Shown piece by piece: positions 28,548 through 39,300 of a stretch of 64,000 bases of DNA. How positions within the stretch are numbered: the first letter of the stretch is position 1; the number at the start of each line of letters is the position of its first letter. The position numbers and the translations under genes were made by a program. The notes beneath the pieces were generated by a model. The model worked only from the letters and a program-made list of their open reading frames with translations. It was not told the DNA's origin and did not search any database. Origin of the DNA: a virus (lineage: Duplodnaviria > Caudoviricetes); the IMG/VR virus record IMGVR_UViG_3300014205_000014, positions 1-64,000 of that record, one strand, 5' to 3'.

Positions 28548-28942
28548 AACCTCGTGTCAGTGTTGGCTCAAAAGCCTACGCATTTCGGCTTTCAGGTCGT
28601 CCAGAGGAAAAAGTGTACGCCGATCAAATAGATCAGTGGGTAAAAGAGACAATAGAGAGGGATCACGAGTTGGGTATATCTCAAGCATTGGGGGTTGTTG
28701 TAAAGGGGTTGGTCGATCATTACATAGGCAAACCTCTTTCCAGCGAAGTGCAACCTACTCTAAGCGAAGCTCAAACACTGCGCGACTCTATTATGGGGGA
28801 GGTTCGCCAGATGGTTTACGATATGTTCGCAGACGGTGAACGTGTTGGCAAACTGGCTGAAATTAGTAAGTCGGCTGCGGATGGGGAGCGTATCGACCAA
28901 GATGTTATTGATAACATATTTGCTGACTTTGGGAGGAAGTGA
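28544..28942 (+). CDS. Putative ParR-like centromere-binding adaptor
   Basis: ATGA-coupled to parM; N-terminal beta strand (AYAFRL) plus helices, RHH-like; short amphipathic acidic tail. Confidence 0.55.
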   Translation: MKPRVSVGSKAYAFRLSGRPEEKVYADQIDQWVKETIERDHELGISQALGVVVKGLVDHYIGKPLSSEVQPTLSEAQTLRDSIMGEVRQMVYDMFADGERVGKLAEISKSAADGERIDQDVIDNIFADFGRK

Positions 28943-29397
28943 TGCGCTATATACCGGATAATGAAGATCGTGAAGATTCGTACAGTCATATCTACGATTC
29001 AATAGATGATGATGAACCTAAAAGAAAACCTAAGCTATCAACATTCACAATGAACTTTGCACGATCATTGGGGTATGGTGGAAAAAGAAAACGATCTGAA
29101 AAGGTGGAACGAACTCCAAAAAATGGATTTGTGTATCTCCTTAAAACACCATTGGACGGTACTCTTTTTAAGATTGGAAAAGCGAGTAATCCGTATAATC
29201 GCTTAAAAACGTTCAATGTTAAACTTCCGTTCCCGATCCAGTATGAATGTCTTATTCAGACTACGGATATGAGTTTATTGGAAAGGGAACTCCACACTAA
29301 GTTTGCATCTAAACGCCTTGATGGGGAGTGGTTTCGGTTAGATCAGGAAGATGTTGAATATATCCGCACATTAGCAAACACAGAAACGGTTCTGTAA
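28939..29397 (+). CDS. T5orf172/MUG113 GIY-YIG-like nuclease
   Basis: GFVYLLK...FKIGKASNPYNRLKTF...LERELHTKFASKRLDGEWF. Confidence 0.88.
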   Translation: MMRYIPDNEDREDSYSHIYDSIDDDEPKRKPKLSTFTMNFARSLGYGGKRKRSEKVERTPKNGFVYLLKTPLDGTLFKIGKASNPYNRLKTFNVKLPFPIQYECLIQTTDMSLLERELHTKFASKRLDGEWFRLDQEDVEYIRTLANTETVL

Positions 29398-29413
29398 ATA
29401 GAGGAGGGTAGAT

Positions 29414-29824
29414 ATGGCGATTGATAGTCAAATAAGTAAAGCAACAGATGCTCAATTAGCAGCCAACATTGCTAGCGCATACAAGGCAATTGAGAGTTTA
29501 GAGTTAGAACTAGATGGATACCGCGCTGTGATCGTAGACTGTCGGGCGGAATTGGATCGACGGGCTATGAAAGCGCAGGGGTTTAGTTCTGGTGATAAAA
29601 TCATCATTACTCAGGAGTTTATTGACCATAAAGAGAAGGTGGCTCATGAGGGTTGTCTTTATGATTTAGGGACTGTTTGGATCATTAACAACGTTAATAA
29701 TGATTATGCTTATATCGATTGTCAAGAAAATGGACATGCGATTTACCAAACGATCTGTCCGTTGTCTATCGCACAGGATATGCGCCGTGCATGGCTCGAA
29801 CGAGAAGGGCAGGAGCAAAAATGA
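29414..29824 (+). CDS. Hypothetical protein
   Basis: SD GAGGAGG. Confidence 0.7.
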   Translation: MAIDSQISKATDAQLAANIASAYKAIESLELELDGYRAVIVDCRAELDRRAMKAQGFSSGDKIIITQEFIDHKEKVAHEGCLYDLGTVWIINNVNNDYAYIDCQENGHAIYQTICPLSIAQDMRRAWLEREGQEQK

Positions 29825-30252
29825 GCGACACGATCAAGATCATCTATAAAGGGGAAAACGGCGAAGAAGTCAGTCAAGAAGTTCCCTATGTTGTAGATGG
29901 GGAAAGTATTCGGTTTGAGATGCCTGTTTCTGGAACGCTTTTGGGTGTGGAATTGGATGGTTACAGAGAACTTCGTTTCGGAAACGGCTACTCACGCGGT
30001 GGTGTTGATGCTGCGGATGTTGAGTGGCCCTCCATACAGTTTTTTGAACCAGAAGGAATCATTATCTTCAAGGAAAATGATTACGAAGATGAAGACGACG
30101 ATGATATTACACAGTGGTCGGATGATTTATTGGATGAAAAGATTGCTGAGTGGCGAATGTTTGTCGATGGGGATCGAGAAGAGCTAGAAACCAGTGAAAA
30201 GTATCTTGCCGAGTTTTTGGCGGAGAGAGAACGCCGTAATAAGGGGAAATAA
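29821..30252 (+). CDS. Acidic hypothetical protein
   Basis: SD AGGAG, ATGA overlap. Confidence 0.7.
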   Translation: MSDTIKIIYKGENGEEVSQEVPYVVDGESIRFEMPVSGTLLGVELDGYRELRFGNGYSRGGVDAADVEWPSIQFFEPEGIIIFKENDYEDEDDDDITQWSDDLLDEKIAEWRMFVDGDREELETSEKYLAEFLAERERRNKGK

Positions 30253-30262
30253 CCCCTCTAAC

Positions 30263-30292
30263 TTGACAAAGCAGAATCGACTCTGCTATACT
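30263..30292 (+). promoter_or_regulatory. Near-consensus sigma70 promoter with the operator filling its spacer
   Basis: TTGACA 30263-30268, TATACT 30287-30292, GCAGAATCGACTCTGC 30271-30286. Confidence 0.85.
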
Positions 30293-30295
30293 CAT

Positions 30296-30387
30296 AGACA
30301 GTAAGCGCATTGCCCTCAAGCGCTTGCCTCCTCTAGCTACTGTCTCGAACGACGAAAGAACCTATCCCTCATAGGTTCTTTTGTTTT
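30296..30387 (+). ncRNA. Putative small regulatory RNA with exposed anti-SD (CCUCCU)
   Basis: Promoter directly upstream, closing stem AGACAGTA/TACTGTCT, terminator downstream, no ORF. Confidence 0.6.
30355..30387. terminator. Bidirectional intrinsic terminator at the arm junction
   Basis: AAAGAACCTAT-CCCTC-ATAGGTTCTTT, 11-bp stem with A/T tails. Confidence 0.85.
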
Positions 30388-30389
30388 AG

Positions 30390-31064
30390 TTATTCTGAGT
30401 GGTGAACTTTCAAAACGATAAGCCAACCATTCCCACACTTATCATCTGTTGGTCGCCATGTTATTGGTGACATCTCAGTGTGATAGGTTTCGTTCACATA
30501 AGCCACTAACTCCTGCATCAGTTCAAGGGTCCAAACGAACACATGTCCTCTCTTGCCCCCTGCCGCAGCAACAACCTCATCAGGAAGGGTGTCTGGTGTC
30601 CATAATTCACTGTGGGCGCGAATGATTTCATCCAAGGTGCTGATAGGACGTGCCTTATCTGGCTCATGAGCATCTCGCTTTGGAGCAATGATAAAGATCG
30701 TCCCCTTATCCTTCACAACACGCCACCATTCCAGCAGCGCTTTAATTGGATCAGAGAAATGTTCCCATGCGTGAGAATTGATGATGTAATCCCATATTTG
30801 ATCTTCAACAGGGATATTGTCACCTTCTGCCTTGATGTCGATTTCATCATATTTGCCGCAAAATTCAATTTCGGCTAGGCGAAACACTTCAGTATCGGCA
30901 TCTCCCGGACTAACATTGATAGAACCCTCTAACCCAAAACTGTTATGTGCGCCAGAACCGATTTCAGCGCCCGTACCTTGGCAGTATTTCAGTGCCAACG
31001 CGGACTTCGGGAAGTTGATATTGCGACCACCATCTACATCGACTACGGTTTGACGTATTGCCAT
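30390..31064 (-). CDS. Class I SAM methyltransferase (Methyltransf_11-like)
   Basis: GAEIGSG, YIINSHAWEHFSDPIKALLEWWRVVKDKG. Confidence 0.85.
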   Translation of the reverse strand: MAIRQTVVDVDGGRNINFPKSALALKYCQGTGAEIGSGAHNSFGLEGSINVSPGDADTEVFRLAEIEFCGKYDEIDIKAEGDNIPVEDQIWDYIINSHAWEHFSDPIKALLEWWRVVKDKGTIFIIAPKRDAHEPDKARPISTLDEIIRAHSELWTPDTLPDEVVAAAGGKRGHVFVWTLELMQELVAYVNETYHTEMSPITWRPTDDKCGNGWLIVLKVHHSE

Positions 31065-31751
31065 CTATTTTGCTCCCAAGAACTTACACACACACATACT
31101 GTCTGCCTGTTCAATGATTTGCAACTCACCCATTGCAACCGCTACATTGACAACCTGTGTCGGCCCTGTCCACGCCCCGACATCATGAAATATGACCGTT
31201 GCATCAGGAGTTAGAAACTGTCGAATGTGCTTGTAGTCGGCATACACACTGGCGAAGTCGTGGAGTCCATCGAGAAAAACCAAGTCTACAGGACTCGGCG
31301 GCACATGGTCAGTAAACCGCCGCTGCACCAAACTGACATAACTTTCCAGATGGGCGCGTTGGATGGTCTGCTGAAACCCCTCAAGTGATGAACCCTCATT
31401 GCGCGGTTCACCATCCATCAACCCATCTTTCACTTGAGAGGGGTAGGATAAATCACCCGAATGGGGATCAACGGCTTGTAACCATCCACCCTGATGCAAG
31501 GCTAACACGCCGCCGAGTAGGACAGTGGACTTGCCCTTGTAACTACCATCTTCAACCCACTGTGCATCTTTATGCCAATGTTGTTCAGCGGTGAGCCATA
31601 GCAAATCGCCTTCTGCGGGGGATAGCCAACCCTCTGTTTCGTTGCTAATTCGCTCATAATCCAATGGCGTAATCTCAGGCATTGGAACAAGCGCCTCTTT
31701 CTTTGCTTCCGCTGCGATCTTGCTGACACCCGTTTTCTTTGGTCTAGCCAT
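31065..31751 (-). CDS. Class I SAM methyltransferase (Methyltransf_24-like, O-methyltransferase)
   Basis: GWL, VEDGSYKGKST, VDPH, DLVFLDGLH, VIFHD. Confidence 0.85.
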   Translation of the reverse strand: MARPKKTGVSKIAAEAKKEALVPMPEITPLDYERISNETEGWLSPAEGDLLWLTAEQHWHKDAQWVEDGSYKGKSTVLLGGVLALHQGGWLQAVDPHSGDLSYPSQVKDGLMDGEPRNEGSSLEGFQQTIQRAHLESYVSLVQRRFTDHVPPSPVDLVFLDGLHDFASVYADYKHIRQFLTPDATVIFHDVGAWTGPTQVVNVAVAMGELQIIEQADSMCVCKFLGAK

Positions 31752-31763
31752 TTTAGTTCTCCT

Positions 31764-31970
31764 TTATTCTGACTTGGGAATGGTTACTGATCCGACACCT
31801 TCGTTAAATGCGAAACGTGCTGCCGCTTTCCAAGCCTCACGTATTTTGTCTGTTAAATTCTCCCACTCCGGCATAGGTAGCCCTTGGTAGTTCTTGAAAT
31901 CAGTCACACTACCGTAAGCATAGTAAGCCTGTTTAGCCAATTTTTCCTGTTGCTCGTTATCCATTATCAT
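31764..31970 (-). CDS. Hypothetical protein
   Basis: AYYAYG...GLPMPEWENL..IREAW; SD AAGGGAG. Confidence 0.7.
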   Translation of the reverse strand: MIMDNEQQEKLAKQAYYAYGSVTDFKNYQGLPMPEWENLTDKIREAWKAAARFAFNEGVGSVTIPKSE

Positions 31971-31993
31971 TCTCCCTTTATATAGGCTAGGGT

Positions 31994-32962
31994 TTATCCC
32001 CAGCTTTCGCCTTGAATTACACGCTCATAAAGCGCCGCATACTGCCTAGTGATATTCTCCACGCTGAACTGCTCCTGAAACGGAGCAAAGGTAGATGGAT
32101 AAGGCGCATATTCGATGTTGGTTGCCATGTCATCTACAGTGTTGGCAACCCATCCGTTCTGCCCGTCGATCACGAGTTCGGGAAGTACGCCGTTGGGGAA
32201 TATGGCAATAGGGGTGTTGAAGGCGAGGGCTTCACCAACCGTGCCGCAACCCGGTTCAGACCATCCACCACTGCTGTTAAATAGGTTCATCATGCCATAT
32301 GCCTGCTCAATAAGTTCCGAGCGCAGCGGGTCTTTAACCTCCCCCAACCATAGGACATCGGGATATTTCTCTTGAATTTCATCGGCATACGAACCTGCGG
32401 CGGGACCTGCAATCATCAGAGTGCGTTTGAGCAACTTAGCAACCGCAGCTGCCTCTAAAACGCCTTTGTAGGGGGCAACCCTACCCAGATACAACAGGTA
32501 TTCAGCACGGGGTAAGCCAATCGGTTTCAGCAGTGGGTTTATTGGGACATAGACCACAGGGCTATTACTCAAGTCACGCCCAAGTTGTCCCGCGTGTTTT
32601 GCCCGTTGGGATTTGCTGAGATAAACCACATTCTTGCTAAACCCAATAGCATCATTAACATGCGTTTCAGCGATAAACGGGGTGTCAAGATGCCTCCGCA
32701 CAACTGATTCGAGCGCCCAACATTCATTGCTGTGGATTACATCTACTTGGAGGTCTTTTACCAACGTATAGGCTTCATCGAAGTCATTAGTCCAGAAGTG
32801 CGTTGCCCCTTCCACATAACTCCCCTCCGGCGCGATGAAAGAAACCTCATGCCCTTGACGGATGAGTTCAGTAGCAAGAATAGCAGTAGTTTTCTCTATG
32901 CCACCTTGCCCATCGCATGGATGGGGTAAACCTTTTAGCCAACCAATCATTGCAATTCGCAT
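31994..32962 (-). CDS. Glycosyltransferase family 4 (GT-B)
   Basis: GGIEK...L..QGHEV, YLGRVAPYKG, EPGCGTVGEALAFNTP (EX7E). Confidence 0.9.
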   Translation of the reverse strand: MRIAMIGWLKGLPHPCDGQGGIEKTTAILATELIRQGHEVSFIAPEGSYVEGATHFWTNDFDEAYTLVKDLQVDVIHSNECWALESVVRRHLDTPFIAETHVNDAIGFSKNVVYLSKSQRAKHAGQLGRDLSNSPVVYVPINPLLKPIGLPRAEYLLYLGRVAPYKGVLEAAAVAKLLKRTLMIAGPAAGSYADEIQEKYPDVLWLGEVKDPLRSELIEQAYGMMNLFNSSGGWSEPGCGTVGEALAFNTPIAIFPNGVLPELVIDGQNGWVANTVDDMATNIEYAPYPSTFAPFQEQFSVENITRQYAALYERVIQGESWG

Positions 32963-33210
32963 TTTTGCTCCAATATGGCTATGGCATCAGACAGCACAAC
33001 AAGCGCTTCATAGATATGGTAGACCGCCATTGAACTACTGTCCTCACCGGACGCATTTTCAATGCCATCTATTTCAATTTCAATCTTGCCATCATTCTTT
33101 ACAGCAAGACGAATTTCAAACCCCTCCCAAGGAATAGGTTTCTCAACTTTAATCGGTATCCCATTCGACCAATAAGAGTGAAGGCGGTCAAACCATTGTG
33201 GTTGTTTCAT
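32947..33210 (-). CDS. Hypothetical protein
   Basis: 87-aa ORF coupled to neighbours. Confidence 0.55.
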   Translation of the reverse strand: MKQPQWFDRLHSYWSNGIPIKVEKPIPWEGFEIRLAVKNDGKIEIEIDGIENASGEDSSSMAVYHIYEALVVLSDAIAILEQKCELQ

Positions 33211-33968
33211 TACCCGAACCTTTTTTTAAGTTCTTCGGTTGCCTCTAGAACACCCTGTTCCCCGCTAATCGTGCGCGAGTTCGGATGCCACTGGTGAACC
33301 AAAATGGGTTCCATCACCGTATGGTTTTTAATCCCTAACCGCTGCCGTGCGCCTGCTTGATAAGGATCATCGCTGACCTGATGCCCAAAATCTGGCATTG
33401 GATACATCCGTTGCGCTGTCTGAGCATTAATGGCGTAAGTGGTTGAGGATTCCCAAAGAGTGATTTGTCGTACCCCCGCATTGGCATAGAAATTACCCTG
33501 CGGGAATGGGTCGAGTTCGTAGAGGAGGGGGTTTTTCTCAATGGTTTCGGGGTGCAACCAATCCAGTTTGTCAATATCGTTAGTCAGAATAGGTGATAGC
33601 CAAAAACACTTAAATGCAACATAGGTATCGTCAATGGCATTCTTAAACGCTGTGGAAACTGTATCCTTTGGGAACAAGAGATCAGGATGTGTAAAGATGT
33701 AAGTTTTCGCTTGCATCGTTTCAAACCAGTGGTTGTACCCCTTTATGTGACTCCCGCTGGGTTCTTCTTGCCCATCAAGTGCGACATTTATATCGGGCAG
33801 GCAGGGAGTTGTAGACACCAACTCGTAAAGAGGACATCCTTCCGACCAAACACAAATCACCGCATCCAAACCGCTATGTAAAATACTTTCACGCCACGTT
33901 TCAATACTACGTGCTAATAGATGGTGTCTCTGCGGGATTACTGAACAAATAATGGCTACATCAAGCAT
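33210..33968 (-). CDS. Glycosyltransferase family 2-like (GT-A)
   Basis: VAIICSVIPQRHHLLARSI N-terminus, FTHPDLLF (DxD-like), G..D..., HQWH. Confidence 0.7.
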   Translation of the reverse strand: MLDVAIICSVIPQRHHLLARSIETWRESILHSGLDAVICVWSEGCPLYELVSTTPCLPDINVALDGQEEPSGSHIKGYNHWFETMQAKTYIFTHPDLLFPKDTVSTAFKNAIDDTYVAFKCFWLSPILTNDIDKLDWLHPETIEKNPLLYELDPFPQGNFYANAGVRQITLWESSTTYAINAQTAQRMYPMPDFGHQVSDDPYQAGARQRLGIKNHTVMEPILVHQWHPNSRTISGEQGVLEATEELKKRFG

Positions 33969-34459
33969 TAGTTTTTCCTCCTCTTAAATTTACGGGTGAA
34001 AACAAGTACCGAATGAATACCCACCTGTTCAAAATGGTTGAGTTGGAAGGAACAGTCTCGTGCGAGAGTCAGCACAGCATCAATGCTGTACCCTTCGGAA
34101 GTGAGACTGTCGTGCAGTGGGGCAGTGGTAGCAAGTAGGAATACCCGCCGCGCTCGTAAGATAGCTTCGCTCATCAGAACAAAACTATCCATTTCTTCGA
34201 GGACATCTTTCATCACTACGGTATCCCAAAAGAACTTCATGCCATCGTACCACTTCAAATCACCCTCCTGTCCATCGAACCCGTTCTTACTCAGCACTTC
34301 AATGGCTTTTGGGTTGCGATCCAGTCCCTTATAGGTTACGCATAAACCGGATTGAGCGAGGCGTAAGGGCAAGATACCTGTGCCGCAGCCCACATCAAAA
34401 ATACGGGTGCAGCGATTGACCCGTAGTTGTTGAACAATCACATCGTATATGTCGATCAT
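33968..34459 (-). CDS. Class I SAM methyltransferase
   Basis: IFDVGCGTG, YKGLD, DTVVMKDVLE. Confidence 0.85.
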   Translation of the reverse strand: MIDIYDVIVQQLRVNRCTRIFDVGCGTGILPLRLAQSGLCVTYKGLDRNPKAIEVLSKNGFDGQEGDLKWYDGMKFFWDTVVMKDVLEEMDSFVLMSEAILRARRVFLLATTAPLHDSLTSEGYSIDAVLTLARDCSFQLNHFEQVGIHSVLVFTRKFKRRKN

Positions 34460-34462
34460 GAT

Positions 34463-35134
34463 TCATGGTGTCGTTGGGGTAATAACAAGGTTTACTTTGT
34501 TGTTTTCTTCAGTGGATTTACGGACATCATCTAACTTAGCTTCCGCAAGTTTTTGTAACACATCTAGAGTGCCGCGCATTGTGACGATCTCTAAAATCTT
34601 CTCATGAATGAAATTGATCTTTTCTGTGGTATCGCGCTGTGATGCTGTGACTGCTGAAAGCCCTTTTGCGAGTTCCTTCACGTCTATTTTAAGTTCTTGA
34701 AGCGGTTTACTCCCTGTGTCAAGTAGAACATCAAAACGCTCAGTCAAAGCACCGAGTTCTTTTGGGATTTCCCCTGTAATTTGAGTGTTAGCCCTTAATT
34801 CTTTGCTCATACTGTCAAGCACAGAAACCGAACCTGTTAACGCTCTCACCATCACTTCTTGCTGCTTGGTTTGCGCCTCTCGCTCAGTAATCAACGAATC
34901 AACAAGTCGGCTAAACTGGTTACGCTGAACTTCAGCGGCAAGGCGTTCCTGATGGGCTTCCTCCAATGCATCCTCGCTTTTCTTCTTTTCGATAGCGATA
35001 CGATCCTCCTGAGATGTCTGGTGGATATTCATCTGTCGCTTGATAAAGGGGGGCAGCAAGGCCGCCGCCGCCCCCATTGCAACAACCGCAGCAATTACAG
35101 CCCCTACAATCGCGCTAGAAAGTTCAGGTGGCAT
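34463..35134 (-). CDS. Membrane-anchored coiled-coil protein (lysis-associated candidate)
   Basis: N-terminal TM helix then coiled coil; next to holin-like gene. Confidence 0.55.
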   Translation of the reverse strand: MPPELSSAIVGAVIAAVVAMGAAAALLPPFIKRQMNIHQTSQEDRIAIEKKKSEDALEEAHQERLAAEVQRNQFSRLVDSLITEREAQTKQQEVMVRALTGSVSVLDSMSKELRANTQITGEIPKELGALTERFDVLLDTGSKPLQELKIDVKELAKGLSAVTASQRDTTEKINFIHEKILEIVTMRGTLDVLQKLAEAKLDDVRKSTEENNKVNLVITPTTP

Positions 35135-35137
35135 TTA

Positions 35138-35557
35138 CTACCCCTTTAATGCCTTTTGTGATGTCGGGGTCTGGAAACCCGGCACAGATTTATCGTTCAG
35201 ATAATCATAGGTAGCAGAAGCCGCCAAGTTGGTGACAACAGCAACCGGAAGCAGGGGGGCAATACTATTTAAAATCCCCTGAATAACGGTAGCAAGGTCG
35301 GTGAACTGCTGTTCCTGCCCACGCTGTTGTGCGAACACATATAACACCCAAACAACAACCTGTACGGCTAATGCCAAGTACCGCGCGGCATCACCCTCGA
35401 TAACAAAGTCTTTATTGTCGGTGAATTGCCGAATAAGGGCAGTTGCAATGGGTTTGACAAACTGCACCAAAACCAGCAGCAGGGCGGCGAACTTCACAAG
35501 AGTCGTTCCATCCGAAAGGGTGTTGAACAGTTGATTGAGTAGGTCTTGTGGAAGCAT
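35138..35557 (-). CDS. Holin-like membrane protein
   Basis: Two to three TM helices; SD GAAGGAG before ATG 35557; follows tail genes. Confidence 0.6.
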   Translation of the reverse strand: MLPQDLLNQLFNTLSDGTTLVKFAALLLVLVQFVKPIATALIRQFTDNKDFVIEGDAARYLALAVQVVVWVLYVFAQQRGQEQQFTDLATVIQGILNSIAPLLPVAVVTNLAASATYDYLNDKSVPGFQTPTSQKALKG

Positions 35558-35643
35558 ATCTTTCTCCTTCACTAAGTTTACGGATTTACATATTCGGTTC
35601 TGTGTTTCATAGTATCACAACTTTGTAATAGTCGTCAACTCAG

Positions 35644-36303
35644 CTAGATTTCGGCTACCGCGAAATGGGTTAGCGTGAATGACCCCGCCGAACTTGCCGA
35701 ATAAACTTGCACCTGAAAATCATGTGTTCCCACTAATGGGGTAGGGTGCATGTACGTGAACTGAATCGGCAGGGTGACACCCGTTGCTTGCTGCAAGATG
35801 TAAGCGGTCAACGGTGTTTGGTCAACTACCAGTTGAACGTTGAATGTGCCGCCATTGGTGGTGATGTTGCAATAACACATAAAGGTTATCAGCGCTGTGC
35901 CACCAACGAACATTTTAGTAACCTTCGTTAGCGGAACAACTGTGCCTCCGGTGGACATGGTTTTGGCGTAGGAGTTGGCATTCACCATCACGGATGCCCA
36001 TTCCTTACCGCCCGGTGCTTTATTGGACTTGGCACTTGCTTGTGCGCTTAATCCCCGCTGTTTAGCCAGTAGCACACTCGTAATTGTCCACGATTGTATC
36101 CCTTTAGGCCGCGAGATGATGACCGTATCACCTTTGGCGACCTGTGATACATCCCCGATGATAGCCGAAATCGGGGAACCATTTCGGGTTGAAATCAATG
36201 CCGTAGCCGTATCCACAGCCGTTACAGTCGCAATATCCTGTTCGAAGGGTTGTAGTAAAGTGACATACCGTTTAACTGCTTCATATGCATCATCCATAGA
36301 CAT
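35644..36303 (-). CDS. Minor tail / tail fibre protein
   Basis: N-terminal OB-like spike region (GDVSQVAKGDTVII) and C-terminal beta-sandwich; downstream of the large tail protein. Confidence 0.6.
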   Translation of the reverse strand: MSMDDAYEAVKRYVTLLQPFEQDIATVTAVDTATALISTRNGSPISAIIGDVSQVAKGDTVIISRPKGIQSWTITSVLLAKQRGLSAQASAKSNKAPGGKEWASVMVNANSYAKTMSTGGTVVPLTKVTKMFVGGTALITFMCYCNITTNGGTFNVQLVVDQTPLTAYILQQATGVTLPIQFTYMHPTPLVGTHDFQVQVYSASSAGSFTLTHFAVAEI

Positions 36304-39300
36304 AGCCCTTCGTGGTTAAATCCATAACCAATTGAACAGGAGTAAGCTGGATGGTCAGCGATTGCACCTTCCGGTCATTCCCGAAAAAGGTAACACGATC
36401 CCCAACCTCCATAAAGTGCTGGAAAGAGGTTGAACCGCGATCATTAATTGCTCCTTCCTCAAGTCGTTTAAGTTCCTGTACTGCCTCGCGCTGGCATTCA
36501 TATTCCGACATGAGGTAAGGGTTCTGTGTTTCCTTGAACAACCATCCGTATTTCGCGGTGAGATCAGTACGGTGGTATTCCGAATACTCATATGCGCCCA
36601 CCATACGGATGTAGGTCTTGATGGTGTTCTTGTCAAAGTTGTACTTGTGGTTTTCGGCAGTAGTAATCGTGAAACTGGAACTGATTTGCTTGGGACGGTA
36701 CACGCGAATAGCCCCGTTGTAACGACTGAACAAACGTAGATAGCGCCCTTCAATCGCCCGTTGCAAGGCGGACATAGCACTTTCGCCTTGGTCGATGGTA
36801 ATTGCTTCTGCCATATCGCAGAGTTCCGGCACACGCACACTTGAGAACGTCTTGGTAGTAGAATGGCGCACCGCAAAGCCGATATGGACAGTGGTATTCA
36901 GTAAACTGGTTGCTTTTTCGATATAGGTGATAGCAAGTTTCTCGTTAATCCACAATGAAACCGCGTTCCACAGGTTGGTGTCCTTGCCGTAGCGGATTTC
37001 CTGAAAGCTCATTTGCACCTTATAGGCGGCGGTATTACTGTAAGTACTTGGGCGCGAAGCCACTTGGGTATAAGCGCTGCCGTTCCACTTTTCAATAGTC
37101 GGATGTCCACTCGCATCTAATCCGACTAACCAGTGGTTTGTTCCATCCCCGCGCGTAAGTACGCCCCATCCATAGCCGGTAATCCCAAACTCAATCACAT
37201 GGTTTGAGGGGATTTCGGCTCCGGTTTGAATGGCGTTGCGCCATCCGGTGGGTGATGCGTCAGCAGTAAATGCCGGACCCGCACCGACTGTTACACCTGA
37301 ACCCAACGTCCAATTGCTCGTCCCGCCTGTATAGAGGTCATCAAAACTCCATGTATTAATGTTGGCGTAATTGGTAAACAGTTTTATGCCTCGCTCAACC
37401 GTCATCGGTCTACCGAAGTTGTTGACCGAAAGCGAACTAAAGTACACACCCCCCGCAGGGTTTAGCGCTGAGCCTGAATAAGAGGGGCTTGCCATGACCC
37501 CGACATAGCCCGATTCCATATAATCATAGGGACGGACTGTTGCATCATAAGATGTTCTGCCCGGTTCCTGTTTCAAACTGTAGTCGGGTTTGTAGGTGGT
37601 ATCCAACGTCCACGCAATACCATCACTTGAGGAATAAAGGAAGAACTGCCCGTACCACATTTCTACACGCAGGTAACGGTTGCTCGATGTAATACCTGTC
37701 CACGATTTTGCGGACGAAGAATAAATAAGCGTTTGCCCCCCATAGGCGACATTCGATCCCCAATTGTCGTGATAGGATAGGTGTACTTTGTCATCCCCTT
37801 GATCGTAGTACCACGTCCAGAAGCGATGAACGCTGTTATCGGATTTGCCTCTAAAGATGATCCCCGCATAAGCGGCGGACATACTCGGAAACAACATGCC
37901 GACTTGAATAGACCCATTCCAGAGATAATCAATGAGGGTGGTCTGCCCGTAAGTGACATTGGAGTTGTTACGCTGCGGGACAACTAGATACCCATCGGCA
38001 GTTTGAAATTCACCGTACAGGGTAGCAACGTGTCCTAATCCGCCATACACACTGTCAGTGGTGTTGTTGTAGTTATCCGCGCCGATCTCATACACTTCGG
38101 GGATATGAGCATCTTCTGCAATCGCCCAATCGGTCATCCAACTGAGGTTATCACGGCAGCTCACATCCACCATGTACTCCACTGAATTGCCGTTCACCGC
38201 ATCAGACTTCTCGAACGTATCCATATAGACACTGGTGAAGGGGTACACCTGTTTAGTACCATCTGCGATATACGCACCGAGATAAATATCAAACTTAGCG
38301 GTGGATGTATTGTTAATGAAAGCGTGGGCATCGAGCCAACCACTTGAGTTGTCGAGTGACATCATCACTTGGCTCATGTCGGATTGATTGATACTTAGTT
38401 GATCCACATAGGCGGTAATATCAGACTGAACCGCCGTTGCCGTTGCACCGAACATGTCCGTCACATAGGAACGGAAGATATAGCGCCCCTGCACCGCATA
38501 CACATAATCTCCGCTTTGCAGTAGTTTTACACCCTCACTACCCTGGCTCGCGCCTAAATACAGGGCAGAGGGGAGCGACCAATCAATCCCATTCTTGGAC
38601 TGATAAACCCGCGTAGAGCTAATGGGGTTGTCTTTCGTGCCACTACCCACTACAGCGGTGACAAAAAGAGTGCTGTTGATATAAGAGATTTGGCTATTTT
38701 TGACGTAGTTCCACGTGGAGTCGTATTCCTCAACCGAGTCCACAAGCGAGTGTTTCGCCCATGACTTTTCCGAGATGTTGTATTTAAAGCACAATAACCC
38801 TTGTGCTTTCAGGCGTTTGTGTTTAAGGTCTGTTCCTTCTAATACAGCGGTGGTGCGTCCGGGGAACTCCGTTTCAACAAGAACGTAATCATATGTACCA
38901 TCAGTAGCCGCTTGAATGGAACGGGGACGATCCGTGAGCCAAATATCCGAACTCGTGCTTGTTCCCGGTAATCCAGCATGAACTCGCAAATTAAAGGTGC
39001 GAGTTGCGGCATCAGCATAAATGTAATGACAGCGGGTATCCACACCCGCTACAGCAATAATAGATGCATCGGTTGAGGTTTCAAACATCTGAAGGGCGTT
39101 GATAAAAAGCTGCGTTCCTCCATCATTGGCGCTCACATTTAGCCGATAATACCGATAACCTGTGGTATTGCTAAAGGTGAAAGTGCGGGTTTCAGGTGAA
39201 GCCCAACCTGTGGAATTAGTGCGGGTGTCGAGTGTTGTCCATGATGAATTGTTATTACTGCCTTCAAATGTCCAGTTTTTGGGGGCGGTTGTGCCGGGGG

